Positions 26,058 to 38,288 of a DNA stretch of 64,000 nt are shown piece after piece. Every line of letters begins with the position of its first letter. Within the stretch, counting starts at the first letter, position 1. A program made the translations under genes and the position numbers. Source of the DNA: Podospora anserina (Eukaryota); NCBI GenBank assembly GCA_017654855.1, contig CM030334.1, forward strand, positions 2,666,001 to 2,730,000, read 5' to 3'. The notes below the pieces were generated by a model. The model ran no database searches and was not told where the DNA came from. It saw only the letters and a list, made by a program, of their open reading frames with translations.

Positions 26058-26666
26058 GAAACAGGGTAGGAGGTTGGAGCAAACTACAATGCACGACCGG
26101 CATCATGTATCTGCCTAGGCATTCTGCCATCTACCCCCTTCATTTGGCGCTAAACTGGGCGCCGGCTGGAGTTGAGTACTATCTCACGCACCAGCTAGCA
26201 ACCCAAACGGAAAGAGCGCAAAAGTCGAGAGGCGACGAGAATAAGATGATACCCAAAAACCAAGAAGCAAGACTGGTCAACCAGAAGGCCAGGCAACATA
26301 GAGACGCCACATAGAAGCTAGGGGACATTTGACGGAGTCTTGGCTCACAGTTACATATTCCAAAGACAATAAAAAAGAAGAAAACTTATTCTACCACTTT
26401 TGATGCTTTCTATACAATGGTGTGTGGTCGACTTGCCAATAACGGGTTATGTTGGTGGAAATGCGCTGCCTGCCGGGAACCACTCCAGTGTGGGTCATCC
26501 ATGCCGGAAAGCCTTCCTGCCGCAAAGATACAAAAATTTAGGAGTCAACCGTCCACCAACCACAAACCACAGAGCTTGCGACCTCGAGTGAAGATTTTTC
26601 TGAATTTAGACGATATCTTGGCCGCAACGAATACTTTACCGGCGAATCCCACAAAAAGCACACGGA

Positions 26667-28196
26667 ATGGCCCTCGACGACGACGATAACCCCGCCCTTG
26701 CGGCCCCTCCTCCCACAGCAAACACAACCACCGCGACCCCAGACGCCCCAGCTGAAGAAACCGCCGAAGACCTCCTCGAAGACGAAGGCGCCGCAGCACA
26801 AGACTTCCGTGTCTTTGCCAGTTTATTCAAAAAGAACACACATATTTCCGCGCAGACAATTCGCAAAGGCGAGAAAGACTTCGAGTCCCATGGCACACAA
26901 CTCCAGGCCGACACCCTCGAGCAGAGTAGAGCTGCTATGCAGGAGGTTCTGAGTTATACTCGCATTCACAGTGGCGCCAATCTTGTACGTGGTTGGTATT
27001 TTCCAGGTTGGTGGGCGGACTATGAGGAGGGTGAGGAATGGCAGGATTCAAAAGCGGAAGATGGGAAGAAGGAAAGGAAGCCTTTTGGGCACATCAGGGA
27101 CAGAGTTGTGATTTTGGAGGGGTCCAGCACGTCTACGCAGAACCTGGGGAGGGCAGTGACGGGACAGGCGAAGGATAGGCCAGGGAGGGGGAAGGATTGG
27201 TTGCTTCCCGAGGAAGCGCTCTATCTGGTAGAGAGAGGGTCCTTGGATCTGTGGTGGCCCACAAAAGAGTTTGGTGAGATTTTCCCTCCACCTCCTGCCG
27301 CCCCTGTCGAAGGGGAAGCTCCCCAACCCGAGAACACCGATTTCGACCCATCAACCCAACCGACGGGCGCCAGCGAAGACGAAGAAGACGAATACGTCGA
27401 CGGCTTCCCCCTCTCCCTCCAAGCAGCCTACGCCCTCCTCATCGGTCTGGACGGCACCCGCGGGAAGATCTCGCTCCAGAAATTTCAGGTCTACTCCAAC
27501 CTCAAACGCTGCGGCTACAACGTCCTCCGCGCTCCTCCTAACCCTCCTAACCCGAATCAGTCCTCCTACCGTCTCAACATCACAATCAAAAACTTCTTTT
27601 CCTCCCTCCTCCCCTCTTTCACCCCATCACCGCCCAAATCCGGTCCCTTGCTCAAACCAGGCCTCTACCGCTCCTACAACCAAATCTTTTCTCAGCTCTC
27701 CCTCATCGAAAGGCACATCCCCTCCCCCGTCCTCCCTTTTCCTCTCCCATCGATAGCACCATATGAGATCCACTTTTTGGTGTGGAAGTCCTCCCAAAAA
27801 TGGACAAAACTGAGGCATCCAAGCCCGGACTTTTATCTGAGTGTGGTGGATGCTCAGGAGAGCGAGGTGCCGCAGATGGAGGAGATACTTGGGCTGTTGG
27901 AGCAGACGCCTTGGGCGCCGCCGAAGAGGGAGTGGGAGGGGAATCATGGGAGGTTGTATGCTAGGTTGAAGAATGGGTGGAGGAATGTTTTGATGGCGGT
28001 GGTGGATCATGGGGTTATTAATTATATGAGGTGGGGAGAAGGGGGGTTTGGGCAGGAGAGGATTTATGAGAGGTTTGATGGGAGGAATGGGAGTTATAGG
28101 GGTGGGAAGAGAGGGGGGAGGAATCAAGGACGGGGTGGGAGGGGTGGGAGAGGTGGTGGGAGAGGAAGGGGGAGGGGGAGGGGGAGGGGGGGATAG
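26667..28196 (+). CDS. SEN54: tRNA-splicing endonuclease subunit Sen54 (509 aa) with C-terminal RGG tail
   Basis: Motifs RKGEKDFESHGTQLQ, WLLPEEALYLVERGSLDLWW, FQVYSNLKRCGYNV, LKNGWRNVLMAVVDHGVINY. Confidence 0.9.
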   Translation: MALDDDDNPALAAPPPTANTTTATPDAPAEETAEDLLEDEGAAAQDFRVFASLFKKNTHISAQTIRKGEKDFESHGTQLQADTLEQSRAAMQEVLSYTRIHSGANLVRGWYFPGWWADYEEGEEWQDSKAEDGKKERKPFGHIRDRVVILEGSSTSTQNLGRAVTGQAKDRPGRGKDWLLPEEALYLVERGSLDLWWPTKEFGEIFPPPPAAPVEGEAPQPENTDFDPSTQPTGASEDEEDEYVDGFPLSLQAAYALLIGLDGTRGKISLQKFQVYSNLKRCGYNVLRAPPNPPNPNQSSYRLNITIKNFFSSLLPSFTPSPPKSGPLLKPGLYRSYNQIFSQLSLIERHIPSPVLPFPLPSIAPYEIHFLVWKSSQKWTKLRHPSPDFYLSVVDAQESEVPQMEEILGLLEQTPWAPPKREWEGNHGRLYARLKNGWRNVLMAVVDHGVINYMRWGEGGFGQERIYERFDGRNGSYRGGKRGGRNQGRGGRGGRGGGRGRGRGRGRGG

Positions 28197-30762
28197 ACGG
28201 AAGGGTGAAAAGTACTGGTTAGAGCGATGGAGAAATAGATGGATAGATCAGTTATGATACCCCAGTTCAACTCTGCCTTATTGACCTTTGCGGCAGTTAG
28301 TATGCGGAAGGCCCTTTTTGAAGGGGCGCGAGAGACTGAAGAGCACCTCGAGTTTTTGAATCAAAGCAATTGGATACTACTCAGGTTTTGCTGGTATCCA
28401 GAGATACACCAGGGCTAAGCGATTTATGCAGTTTCAAGCCGAGCAAAGTCTATGTCAACAGCTCTGATGCTCAGTTGTATTCTAAACATGACAGCCCACT
28501 AGAGCTGTGTTTCCTTTGAAGCCAACTGCTTCGAGAAAAACAAATGTGACACTGAGAACGAGATCCTTGTTGACACATTGTTTCACGGCAATCTCATCTC
28601 GATATTTGATAGGAAATTTGGTTTCACAACCTAGGTACACACAAACTGCATCAGAGATTGGTAGGTTTGTGCAAAATTAAAGTCTGAGGTTTGCTGAATG
28701 CACTGAGAGAGAGGCAAGGTAAATGGGGGATGCCTCCGTCAACCATTGGGAACGGGAGGGTTGGTGGCGAGATTCTCTTCTGACTCTTCTGGGCAGATGC
28801 GGGAGGTAGGTATTCATGTTGGGTGGTAGGTGGCTGGGTTATTGGTACGAGTCTGAAAGCTGTGAAGGATTTGGTTTGACTGAGCTGAGTTCTGAGGAAG
28901 TAGGATATAGTGTTTCCGGGATTGCGTGGCTCCTGTCTGCCTATCTTGTCATCTCGATCAGAAGCATTCTATCTTGTTGGACAGGCCGCATGTAAAAGTA
29001 GGACCTAGGATAGGCAACTACTGTAGGTCCCGCTTCTGTCGAATCATGGGATAGTGACTCGGAAAGGGATCACATGATGGAAAAGTGGCGTGCTTTGTTT
29101 TGTTGGACAAGGTGTGTTTTCGGGGTTGGTTGAAATGGATATCTCCGAGACTGCCGTTGGAAGTGAGCCTAGGTAAGTCAAAGACCAAGAGCTCTCCAAA
29201 GATAAGGAAGCCATGATTCTTTGGAAACACCGGCTCTTCGGAAGATGACAAAAAAAAAGGACTACATGTTTCTTACGACAACTTTTAGGTGAGACAAATA
29301 AAATAGGTAACCTTGAGAAAGCATGGCGTCCCACCCACCTGACGCCTCGATCTTGGAATTGGTGATTTTAGGCTTTGAGAAGTTGGCTGTAGAGATGACC
29401 AATCAGAATAGACTAAGTGGGGCGTGTTCCTTCCCACAATGGGCAACAAGTTCGAGACCGCTCCTGCGATAAAAAGCTCTTTCTCTCTCCTGCCAGTTTC
29501 ATGGCTTCCAGGTTTTTATAATGGTTGATACAGAGGGGCATCAGTCAAAACTAAGGACTTGTTTTATCAACATAATACGGTTATTAATTCGTGGCCAGTT
29601 GACACGCAAGTGATCAGCATGGTACTAACGGAGAGAGATATCGACGCTTATCACCACACTCGACTTATTATCCACTTATCGCTTCCTTCCTCGATCTTCT
29701 TTCGGTCCTACTTGCCTCGGCCCATCACGAGTATCTCCTCTGAGAAAACAGATGACCAGTCGCTGAAAAAAAGGTGCGAGAAGAAGCAAAGCACACATCG
29801 CCTTATTTATCTTGTGTCGCCAGAGATGATGAACGCTTTGCATTGGATCACACTGATGCAACAGACACCATGTTTCAGATGGTTCAAGCCAACCCCTGCA
29901 AAGTTGCAGCCCTGCGTGAATACTCAAGTTAGAAGGTGCGAATGCAGGGAACTGGGCCGCTTATGTTCCATTTATCTATTCCCAACAACTCTCCTCCTCT
30001 CTGTCTGTCTGTCTCTATCCTTCTCTCTCGACAAGCATCATTTGACAAGAGTCATTTTCTGACAAGTAGCTTTCTGCCAAGAGGGGCCAGACATCACAAA
30101 AGAGATAGATCTGATTGTGAACTTCCATCAATCTGGCATGTGGAACTACATCAGAGAAAGCTATTAAAAGTGGGTGGTATGTTTGCTCGACAGTCTCAAT
30201 CTCACAATGGCAAGACTGGAACTTGGCAACAGCGTAAAAGCTCGCTTAGTTAGTTTTACTCGATGGAACTCGTGCAATTTGGCTGAAGCCCAGTGTGAAT
30301 CATCCCGTCATCCATCCTACGCAGGAAGCAGAGCTCGGTACCTGTGATATGTACCTTTTTTTTTTTCTTTGCGTGAAGTCAGCACCCGGCAACTGAGTGC
30401 GAATACACAACACACCCCAGGAATTATTAACCTTGACTCCCTCGGTTCAATTCCCACCCACCTTGTTATCTAAATAAATCACCTAGTCTGCCCACCGCAC
30501 TTTCCCTCTGTTCACCTCTTGCCTCTTTTCTGAGACTTTTTTTTTCTTTTGTCTCCGCTTCAACTTTATCAGATAAATCGCTCTCTATCATCAGCAGCAA
30601 AGTGTCCCTAACCAAGCGACTTGCGCACCCACGCATTACAGTGAATTTCCCGGCCCGAGTCTCGTGTGTGTCTCGGCGCGTCCCAGTGGAAAGAATCCGG
30701 ACAACAAAAACAACTCGAGCTTAACAAACTTCACTGTTTGTCTCTTGCGCTCGGCCATCCAA

Positions 30763-31321
30763 GTAAGTGAAGGGCTCTCTTCTGGATTTGATTGATCGAT
30801 TCGCAACTAATATCTTGTTATCATCACCAGCTTCATCCTGTCGACTTGGTCAGCACAAACACATCCACGCGCCAAGCCTTCCCAGCTCAACCGATCCTCT
30901 CGACTTGTCGCAAAGTCGGGGATCAGCATCACCTGTTGGGTGTTGCGACGACAAACTGAAGCTTTACTTTGCTGATTGACGTGAGTATTTCGGTTCTTTT
31001 TCTCTAGTTGCAATTATCAATGCTTTTGTGCTTCTTTTCGTGTCTCTTTTCAAATCACGTCATATACGACAAGGGTCTTGCATGCGTGTTCACACTTGGT
31101 CAAAATGTTTTTTTATTTCATGTAATGGGTTGAGATGTGGCAACTTTTGATGTTTTCCCTCTGGCGCGTCACTTGCTCAGGTCTTTGGTGGGCTTTTGTT
31201 CACGAGCTCTGTCTAGTATTATTCATCTTGGATTGCCACCCAGTTGGACCTTATCCACCAAGATTCATATTCCGCCATTCGTCTTCGTGCCTAAACATCG
31301 CTGACTGACAATCCCCAAAAG
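30763..31321 (+). other. Two predicted 5'-UTR introns (30763-30830 and 30981-31321) of the downstream uncharacterised gene
   Basis: GTAAGT...ACTAAT...CAG and GTGAGT...GCTGAC...AAG. The intervening exon has no ATG. Confidence 0.55.
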
Positions 31322-31379
31322 ACACTGCTACATATCAGCAAATCACACAACACCCAGAGCCTTGACTGACTATCTACGG

Positions 31380-34328
31380 ATGTCAGTTGGAACAGACAAG
31401 ATGGAGACTACCGTCTCTGTGCCTGTTGCGAGAGAAGGTGCCCCAACTGCCATGATGGATGAGCCTACATCATTATCGGTTGAACCGCCAAAGCCATCAC
31501 CCAAGGACGAGACTGTCAAAGATGAAGCGGTTGATGGGTAAGTCGTTCCTTCTATTTTCTGTGTCGGTAATTGTGATGGAGGGCAATGGCTGTGAGGGGC
31601 ATGCGACTCGTTCCTGCCAGTTCTTCTATGCACATTTGCTCTCAGCCAGGTTTTCATTTTTTTTCTTCCAACACAGTCTGCGTCGTATGTGCACGGTATC
31701 ACAGCTTTCGTGGAACATTTTATTAATTGCTCTCTTGCTCCCAAAACTTTGCTTATTTTCATCACGCTGACAGCAGTCGTCCCAGTGAGATCAAGAAGCC
31801 AGAATCGCCCATTGTTGAGACTCCAGTTCAGCAAGAGTCTTTGGACAAGTAAGTCATCCCCAGAGCCTCAGAAACACACATCAGACCAGTCTCCTCTCTT
31901 TCTCTCTGGTCCTGGTGGCCGATCAGATGACCAGTGTCATCGCCAAAGTCGATCGGCTTCTGGGATACACTTTGGCTACGAGCCATTGACTATGATACTG
32001 TTGCCTTCGTCAAGCCTTCGTTGTTGCCATCACAGAGGACTTTGAGCCCCCTTGAGCACAGACTTCGAGGTCGGAATGTTGAAGTGAGCTCCAACCTGGC
32101 TCAAGTCGCTTATGACGTCTTATGCTTCGCGTCCCTTGTTGCCTTGAGCACAATCTACACAATTTGCACCCCCTTGCCCTCAAAATCCCACTTTTCAACA
32201 ATCTCCTACCATGGTGGCTCAGACAGACAAGTGTTTTGCTGCAGTCTTTCTCCTCCGGCCACGGCTCTCGAAGAGCAATTCGTTGCCTTTCCTGGTTTGT
32301 ATACACTCCTTCAAAGCATCTCATGATACAACCTCGATCACATTCTCATCCTGTCAGTCAGATGTTCTGTTTTTATATGCAGTCAACTAATGTGTTGCTA
32401 GACGTACCGATCTGGACGGGCACAATCTCCAAGAGGACGAACTTCACGAAGAGCTCACCCCCCCACCAGATTCTCCAACAGATACTGCTAGTATTGAGGA
32501 TCATCCTGACGACGCTGCTGAGAACCCTGCCGAAGACACGACAGAGGACTTGGTTGATGACGATCTTATGAGTGTCGTTTCGAGCCTTCCCGTCGACGAA
32601 ACTCAGGATCTCATGAGTGTCGATTCGAGCCCTGCCATTCATCACCTGGAAGACGAGATCGTCGTTGGCACCAAAGCCAACAGGAAGCTGCCCGTCAACC
32701 AGGATAAATCCGATATAGCTGACGTCAACATGGATCCATCTGCGATTCTTACCGGCAAGCGCAAGCGGACTTCCACTTACTATGCTGACTCTGTCCAAGA
32801 AGACAGCCCTGGTCCTCACGAAGGTCGTGTCAAAGCCCGGCCTGCCAAGACTCATGGTTCTGGAGGCGTCAAAGGTGTCATCATTGGATATTGGCGCGAT
32901 TCTGAGGTCGAAAATGAGGCTGATAAGCATTCCGTGATCGGCTTCATTGACTCGAGGGATCGCCTTAGAACCAGAATCCAGACAACTACCCGCGACAAAC
33001 GTCAGGTTGATCAACGCTACCCGATCCCCCCTGGCCCCGGTGGGAGTTGGGTCATCTTCGAGAAGATTGTCTTTGAAGACCACCTTGTTGGTCTCAATCA
33101 TCACATGATCAAGGAGTTTGTCAAGATCCGCGCCGATAATCTTGGCGAGAACGAGAGCCCCGAGGAGCGCAACATAGCCGACAAAGCAGCTGCCGAGCTC
33201 GCGGTTGAGAGAGTCACCACCAACCCTCCCCCCGAAACGGCCAACCAACCTCTCATTGCTTATGGCGCTGTGATACCCGATCCTGCCACCCTTCCCAGCC
33301 GTCCCGAGTCCAAGAAACGAAAGGTCACAGGATCCTTTACTTCAGCCCAGCTAGAGCCTGCCCCCCCCCCTCAACAGCCCGCGGAGGCCCTTCCGGGAAC
33401 CCGGCCAACTCGCATCGTTTTGGGATACTGGAAACAATCCAGTGAAGATGACCCGATTGAGAAGCACGCGGTTTACGGTATCCTGGGTGCTAATGACATG
33501 TTCAGGATCAGGCTTGCGAAGGAGACTCGCGATGGTAGAGTGATCGCTGATGGCAACTTCCCTAGTGGGCCTGGTGCACTGTGGATCACCTGGGACGCTC
33601 TCGAGTTTGAACCTCATCTCAAAGGTCTCTCCCGCCATGAGGTCAAGGAATATTGCAGGGTTCGCCAGCACCAGCTCGACCAGGGTGAGGCACCTGAGGA
33701 CCGCACCCGAAACGAGATACAAGCCGTCCAAGAGGCTCAGAAGCGTGCTGCTTTGAACATCGCCGCGGGGACCTCCATCACTAAGAACGACGTTGAGATC
33801 TCGATCGAGGGAGCTAATGGCGTCACTCATGGTCTTGCTTCCGGCTCGCCTGCCTCAAAGACCAACGAGCCTCGTCGTCAAACTGGGCTCCGCGGCCGAC
33901 ACTCACTCCCTAATCCCGAGTTCGGAGTTGCTAACCGCAAGTCATCGTCGGCCATCGCCCAGATCGAGAGGACTCATGAGCTCGCCCGTCACGGGATTGA
34001 AAAGGTTGAGAAGGCGCAGGCTCGCATTGATCAGCGTGCCAGCAGCACCGCCACGCCCCGAGAGTCATCGGCCACCCCAGCCAACCGCAGAGAGCTTTTC
34101 AGTGAAAACATCTCTCGCTTGAACAACGTTTGGGCCAGTCAAGAGGCCACACGCATCCGTAACGAGGGCCAAGGCTACGAAGGAGACGTCCTGATGAACG
34201 GTACCATCAGGTACGAGCGAAAGCAAACCGGCCCGTTCAAGGGCATTCTGGTCAGCCAACCCTTCCTGATCCAGATAGACGGGGAGGATTACGTGGAGTA
34301 CCGCGTCCTCACGAAGCCGAGCTTCTAG
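31380..34328 (+). CDS. Uncharacterised protein (~719 aa) with acidic disordered N-terminus, NLS-like KRKR/KKRK and two copies of a ~85-aa 'GYW' domain; exons 31380-31537, 31774-31848, 32402-34328
   Basis: The 592-aa ORF 32550-34328 extends upstream in frame through two GTAAGT...AG introns with branch sites. An internal duplication is visible in the translation. Confidence 0.8.
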
Positions 34329-35494
34329 TAGGACCGGGCGATTCTCTTGCGGCATTTTTTGTTTTTATACCCTGGTGGCTCTGGGCTGGTGGCGTTTTGG
34401 GGGGCAGGACTGGGATCATCAATTTGCGTTTCATTGCGCGTGTTTCTTCGCCTCCTTTTCTTTTTGCTCGGACGACTGGCTGTACCTTATTTTTCCACTT
34501 TTTCACGGCGGCTTTTTTGTTTGTTTTACGCCTAGCAGCGCGTATACCCCTTGCTCTGTTTTGCTTCGACACGCACCTAATATTCCTCATGGCAACAACA
34601 CACCAACATTACTATGTAATTGGAGTCGACAAAGAGCGAGCGTCCCCTTGCTTTTTAGGACTGTACAACATCAGATATGTGTTTTTGGCAGCCTTTTTAC
34701 ACGCTCTCAACACCGATGCCATGCTGCTCATCCTTTGCGACATATCGCTACACCACTTGCTTGCGGGGAGGAGGATGTGGGAGGTTAGAAAGGGGTTCTC
34801 TACTTGCTGAGCATGGGAAAGGGTTTATAGCGGCATGGTCCTAACAGTTCTCAGGGATCTCGGTTTCTATCGATGGATCTGGATACCTAAACAGATGGGA
34901 TGGGGGTCAGGTGGAGGGGCAAGTGTCAGAGATAGACTATTTGTATATATACTGCATTTTTATTATATATCTGCGTAGAGTGCGAAGGTGGTGAAATGCG
35001 ACTGAGAAGCATGGTGTTTTTGGGAGAGAATTGAAAAGGGGGGAAGCCCACACTGTGAGGTATGCACATAGCGGGGTTGTTTATGCGGGGGATGCATATA
35101 TAGACAACATGCATCATCATCTTTCTCATGAACAGGAGCGCTGTCAACTCTTCAAACCTACAAAAAGTGACTTTTGGTTGAGAATCTCCAAGAACGCGGA
35201 TTGAAGTCCAGGATTGTTGAAAATTGTCTGGGATTTTTTAACTCATCGAGTCAGACGGCGACGACATCCAAACTCGCGACCGCAATCCAGCTTTAACGCG
35301 TTTACTTGCATCATCAGTGAACACCACCACCTCTGTGAGATTGGAGACATTAGAACTCAACATCAGCGACATCAAACGGACATTTTACGAGAAATCCCCG
35401 AACCGATGCTCAAAATATCCATCGGCAGCACCTTACCATCACGGCAGTCCTAAGTAGGCTCCACAACCACCACAACCACCACCTGCCAAAAACA

Positions 35495-36017
35495 ATGTCC
35501 ACATCTGTTCAACTACACCCACCAGCCCTCACTTCCCCTGACCACCCAGTTGTCCACTCTCCACTCCCGCAACTCTTACAAACACCACACGGCCTTGCGC
35601 TGCTGGAGTTACAAGGGACGATCAACCTCATCCAGTCAGAGTCTGGGGAGCTAATCCAGATAGGACAGTTGGTATGCCCTCCTTCCCCTCCCCTTCCCTC
35701 CCTTTCAAATTACTAACAATCAATAGGTCTTTCCAGATTATGTAGAAGGGGAGACAACAGGGGAGGGCCCGTGGATAAAAAAGGTGTACATGTACATCGG
35801 GCAGCATCAGAAACTTTTCGGGGAGGTGAAGAAGTTGGTTAATGCGTTGGCGGTGGTGAGGAAACGACAGCGGGATGGGGGGAATGGGAATGAGCTGGAG
35901 GTGGTGGAGATTGTAAAGTGGAAGTTGGTGTTTAGTGGGCGGCCTGAGCCGGTTACGAGTTCGGGGTTGGAGAGGGAGAGAGTCGAGGGGGGGGGGGAGA
36001 ATAAAGGGAGGGGTTGA
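35495..36017 (+). CDS. CTF8: Chromosome transmission fidelity protein 8 (Ctf18-RFC subunit); exons 35495-35671, 35727-36017
   Basis: Motifs LPQLLQTPHGLALLELQGTI, IGQL|VFPDY, MYIGQHQKLFGEVKKL, EVVEIVKWKLVFSGRPEPV. Confidence 0.88.
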
Positions 36018-36369
36018 TGGTAGAGTGGAGGGGAGAAATGTTGAGGGGGGAGGGGGGTATGAACGTGGTAACTGTCGGTATGTGTGGGCTGAACCTAAAC
36101 ATGGGGCGTCTGAAATGTGCTCTCAAAGAACGAGGAAATGGCGTAAAAGCTTATCTCTCAACAACAACAACTGGTCACTCCGATGGCTGCTGTGAATTAC
36201 CACCGGCCTGGCCAGCAGGGAGGATAACTATCGCAACCCGCGCACATGTAACTGGGTAGACCACAAAGGGAGGCGAGTTGACGTCAACATCGAAGCAAGC
36301 CTGTAGCATAGGGGGCAAACTGGGCTTAGATAGAGTGAATATCATGACCAAATTTTACTTGTTACTATC

Positions 36370-37770
36370 TCAAACAGCCAAAGGCTTCGTCCTCCCCAAC
36401 CCCTCCCTCCCATAATAATCCATCGGGTACGCACTACTTCCCCAATCCTCCCTCTCATTCAACGCCACAAGCGCCTCATACGGCGTCAGCAGCGGCCTAG
36501 GAAACGCATACCCCCAATCGATACTCAACCGTGGACAAGCAACCTGCACCCAGCACTCCACCTCCCCTTCCCCGCTCATCATCCCCAGCTTCCCAGGAAA
36601 AATCTCACTCAGTAACAAATTCACAAACGGAATCCCCATCTTTGTCAGCTTCTCCTCTATCAGAGACAACGTATGCGGGTTCCCCTGCCTCCCCAACGAC
36701 CCGAGAATCAACCCCCACTTCTTGGCCGTTTTCGCCGTCTTAATCGCTTGCCTCCGCAAACCCTGCATCTCGTCGTGACCGTAGACTTCATGAGTGAGTT
36801 TCCTCGAATAAGGGTCGTACCGGTAGGCCGGGATGGAAGGGTTGTGAATCATGATCGACTCGAGGTGAAAGTGCCCGTCACCGAGGTAAAGGATCAGATC
36901 TACCGGGTCGGTCGTGTACGTTGACAGGTTGGGGGAGGTGCACCCCAATATCTCCCCCTTTGACAACGGGGCAATCTGAGGGACGATGATGTTGAACCCG
37001 GCTTTCTCGAGCGTGGACTTGACCCCGTGGATGGTGGCGTTGAATTGGATTGTGCCTACCAGAGCGATGGTTTTGCCGGGGGAGAAGTTACGCTCCAGCG
37101 AGGCGAGGAGGTGGGTCGTGTCGATGGAGATGTCGACAAAGACGTAGAGGGTCTTGATCTTGGTGACGTCTACCGGGATGAGGCAGGAGTGGGCGTAGTG
37201 GACTAGGAGGTCGCAGCCCATGGCGCGGGCGGTGTAGTCGTCTATGCAGCAGGCGCCGTACGTGACGTCGCCCATGATGAGAGTTTCGATGCCGGGGCAG
37301 AACTGGGTGAGGATGTCGGAGATGGTGGTGGCGAAGAGGAGGAGGCCTTCAGGCATTTGGAGGGCTACTCTTTTGGCCGAGAGGGAGCGGATGCGGTGGA
37401 TGGTTTTGGGGATTTCAAAGGAGTAGTTTGAAGGGAGGAGGGAGATGGCGGACTTGAGGGCGGGGTCGTTGAGGATTTCGGGGGGGACTTGGTTGAGGAG
37501 TCTGGGGGCTCTCCTTGGTTGGGCCACTGAGGGGTGTTAGCATGGTGTGTTGTGAATAAGGGGTGGTGAGAATGTACCTTGGATAGCTCCGCTGTCTTCA
37601 ATGGATGATGAAGCATTGCTTGAACTGTTCTTTGCGGCGGCCTCGGCGGCGGTCCGTCTGCCGACGAATCGCTTCTTTGGCTGTTTGACTACATTTTGAG
37701 GTGGTGGTGGTTGACTGGCCTCGATATCGGCTGCGATGCCCACATCCACAAGGGCTCTGTCTTCCTCCAT
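36370..37770 (-). CDS. DPH1: Diphthamide biosynthesis protein 1; exons 37770-37578, 37526-36370
   Basis: Motifs [56 protein letters not shown] (three Fe-S Cys), and N-terminal PKKRFVGRR. Confidence 0.96.
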
Positions 37771-38288
37771 CGTGAACCTCGCTTTCAGTCTTCAGTCTTT
37801 GAGGAGGGGCGATGAGGGCCACTTTTTGATAAGATAAGACAGGAAGTGGAAAACAAAGAAGAAACCCCTGAGCAGATTCTCGCACAAAATAAAGGTGAAG
37901 TGAGAGTCTGGATGTTGACTTGAGGTCCTATGTGTTCTCTCGCAGACCTTTGTTATCAGAAATGACTTGTGAGATAGCCTTCATGAAGATGAAGCGCACA
38001 CATGGCATTCAGATGTAATGGCATGGATCAAAAGATGTTGTCCCTGAAAAGTGAGGTCCCACCCAAAAAGGCCAGGCGGGGCTTGGCACGGTCCATTCAC
38101 TCTAACCCAGAGGTCCGTGATTCACTTTGGCAGAGTGGGGCGGTGAGGTGCTCCCGCCCAATTAACGTCGGCAGAAAATGTGCCCTAAGAATTCACATCG
38201 CTGTGAGCACACAAAATCTTTCTCTTGTTTTCCCGTGTAGACCCGGAGTCCATCGTCAACAAACGTCGTTGCCAGCATCATCGCCAAC

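Noticed and set aside
29826-29856. ATGATGA...CTGA as a possible C/D snoRNA
   Set aside because: The boxes span only ~30 nt, with no second box pair, no terminal stem and no recognisable rRNA guide.
30444-30455. GGTTCAATTCCC resembling a tRNA T-loop/B box
   Set aside because: No T-stem pairing and no cloverleaf upstream.
31934-32326. 130-codon ORF within the 553-nt intron as an alternative exon
   Set aside because: The nearby acceptors I checked are not in the phase needed to join the upstream exon.
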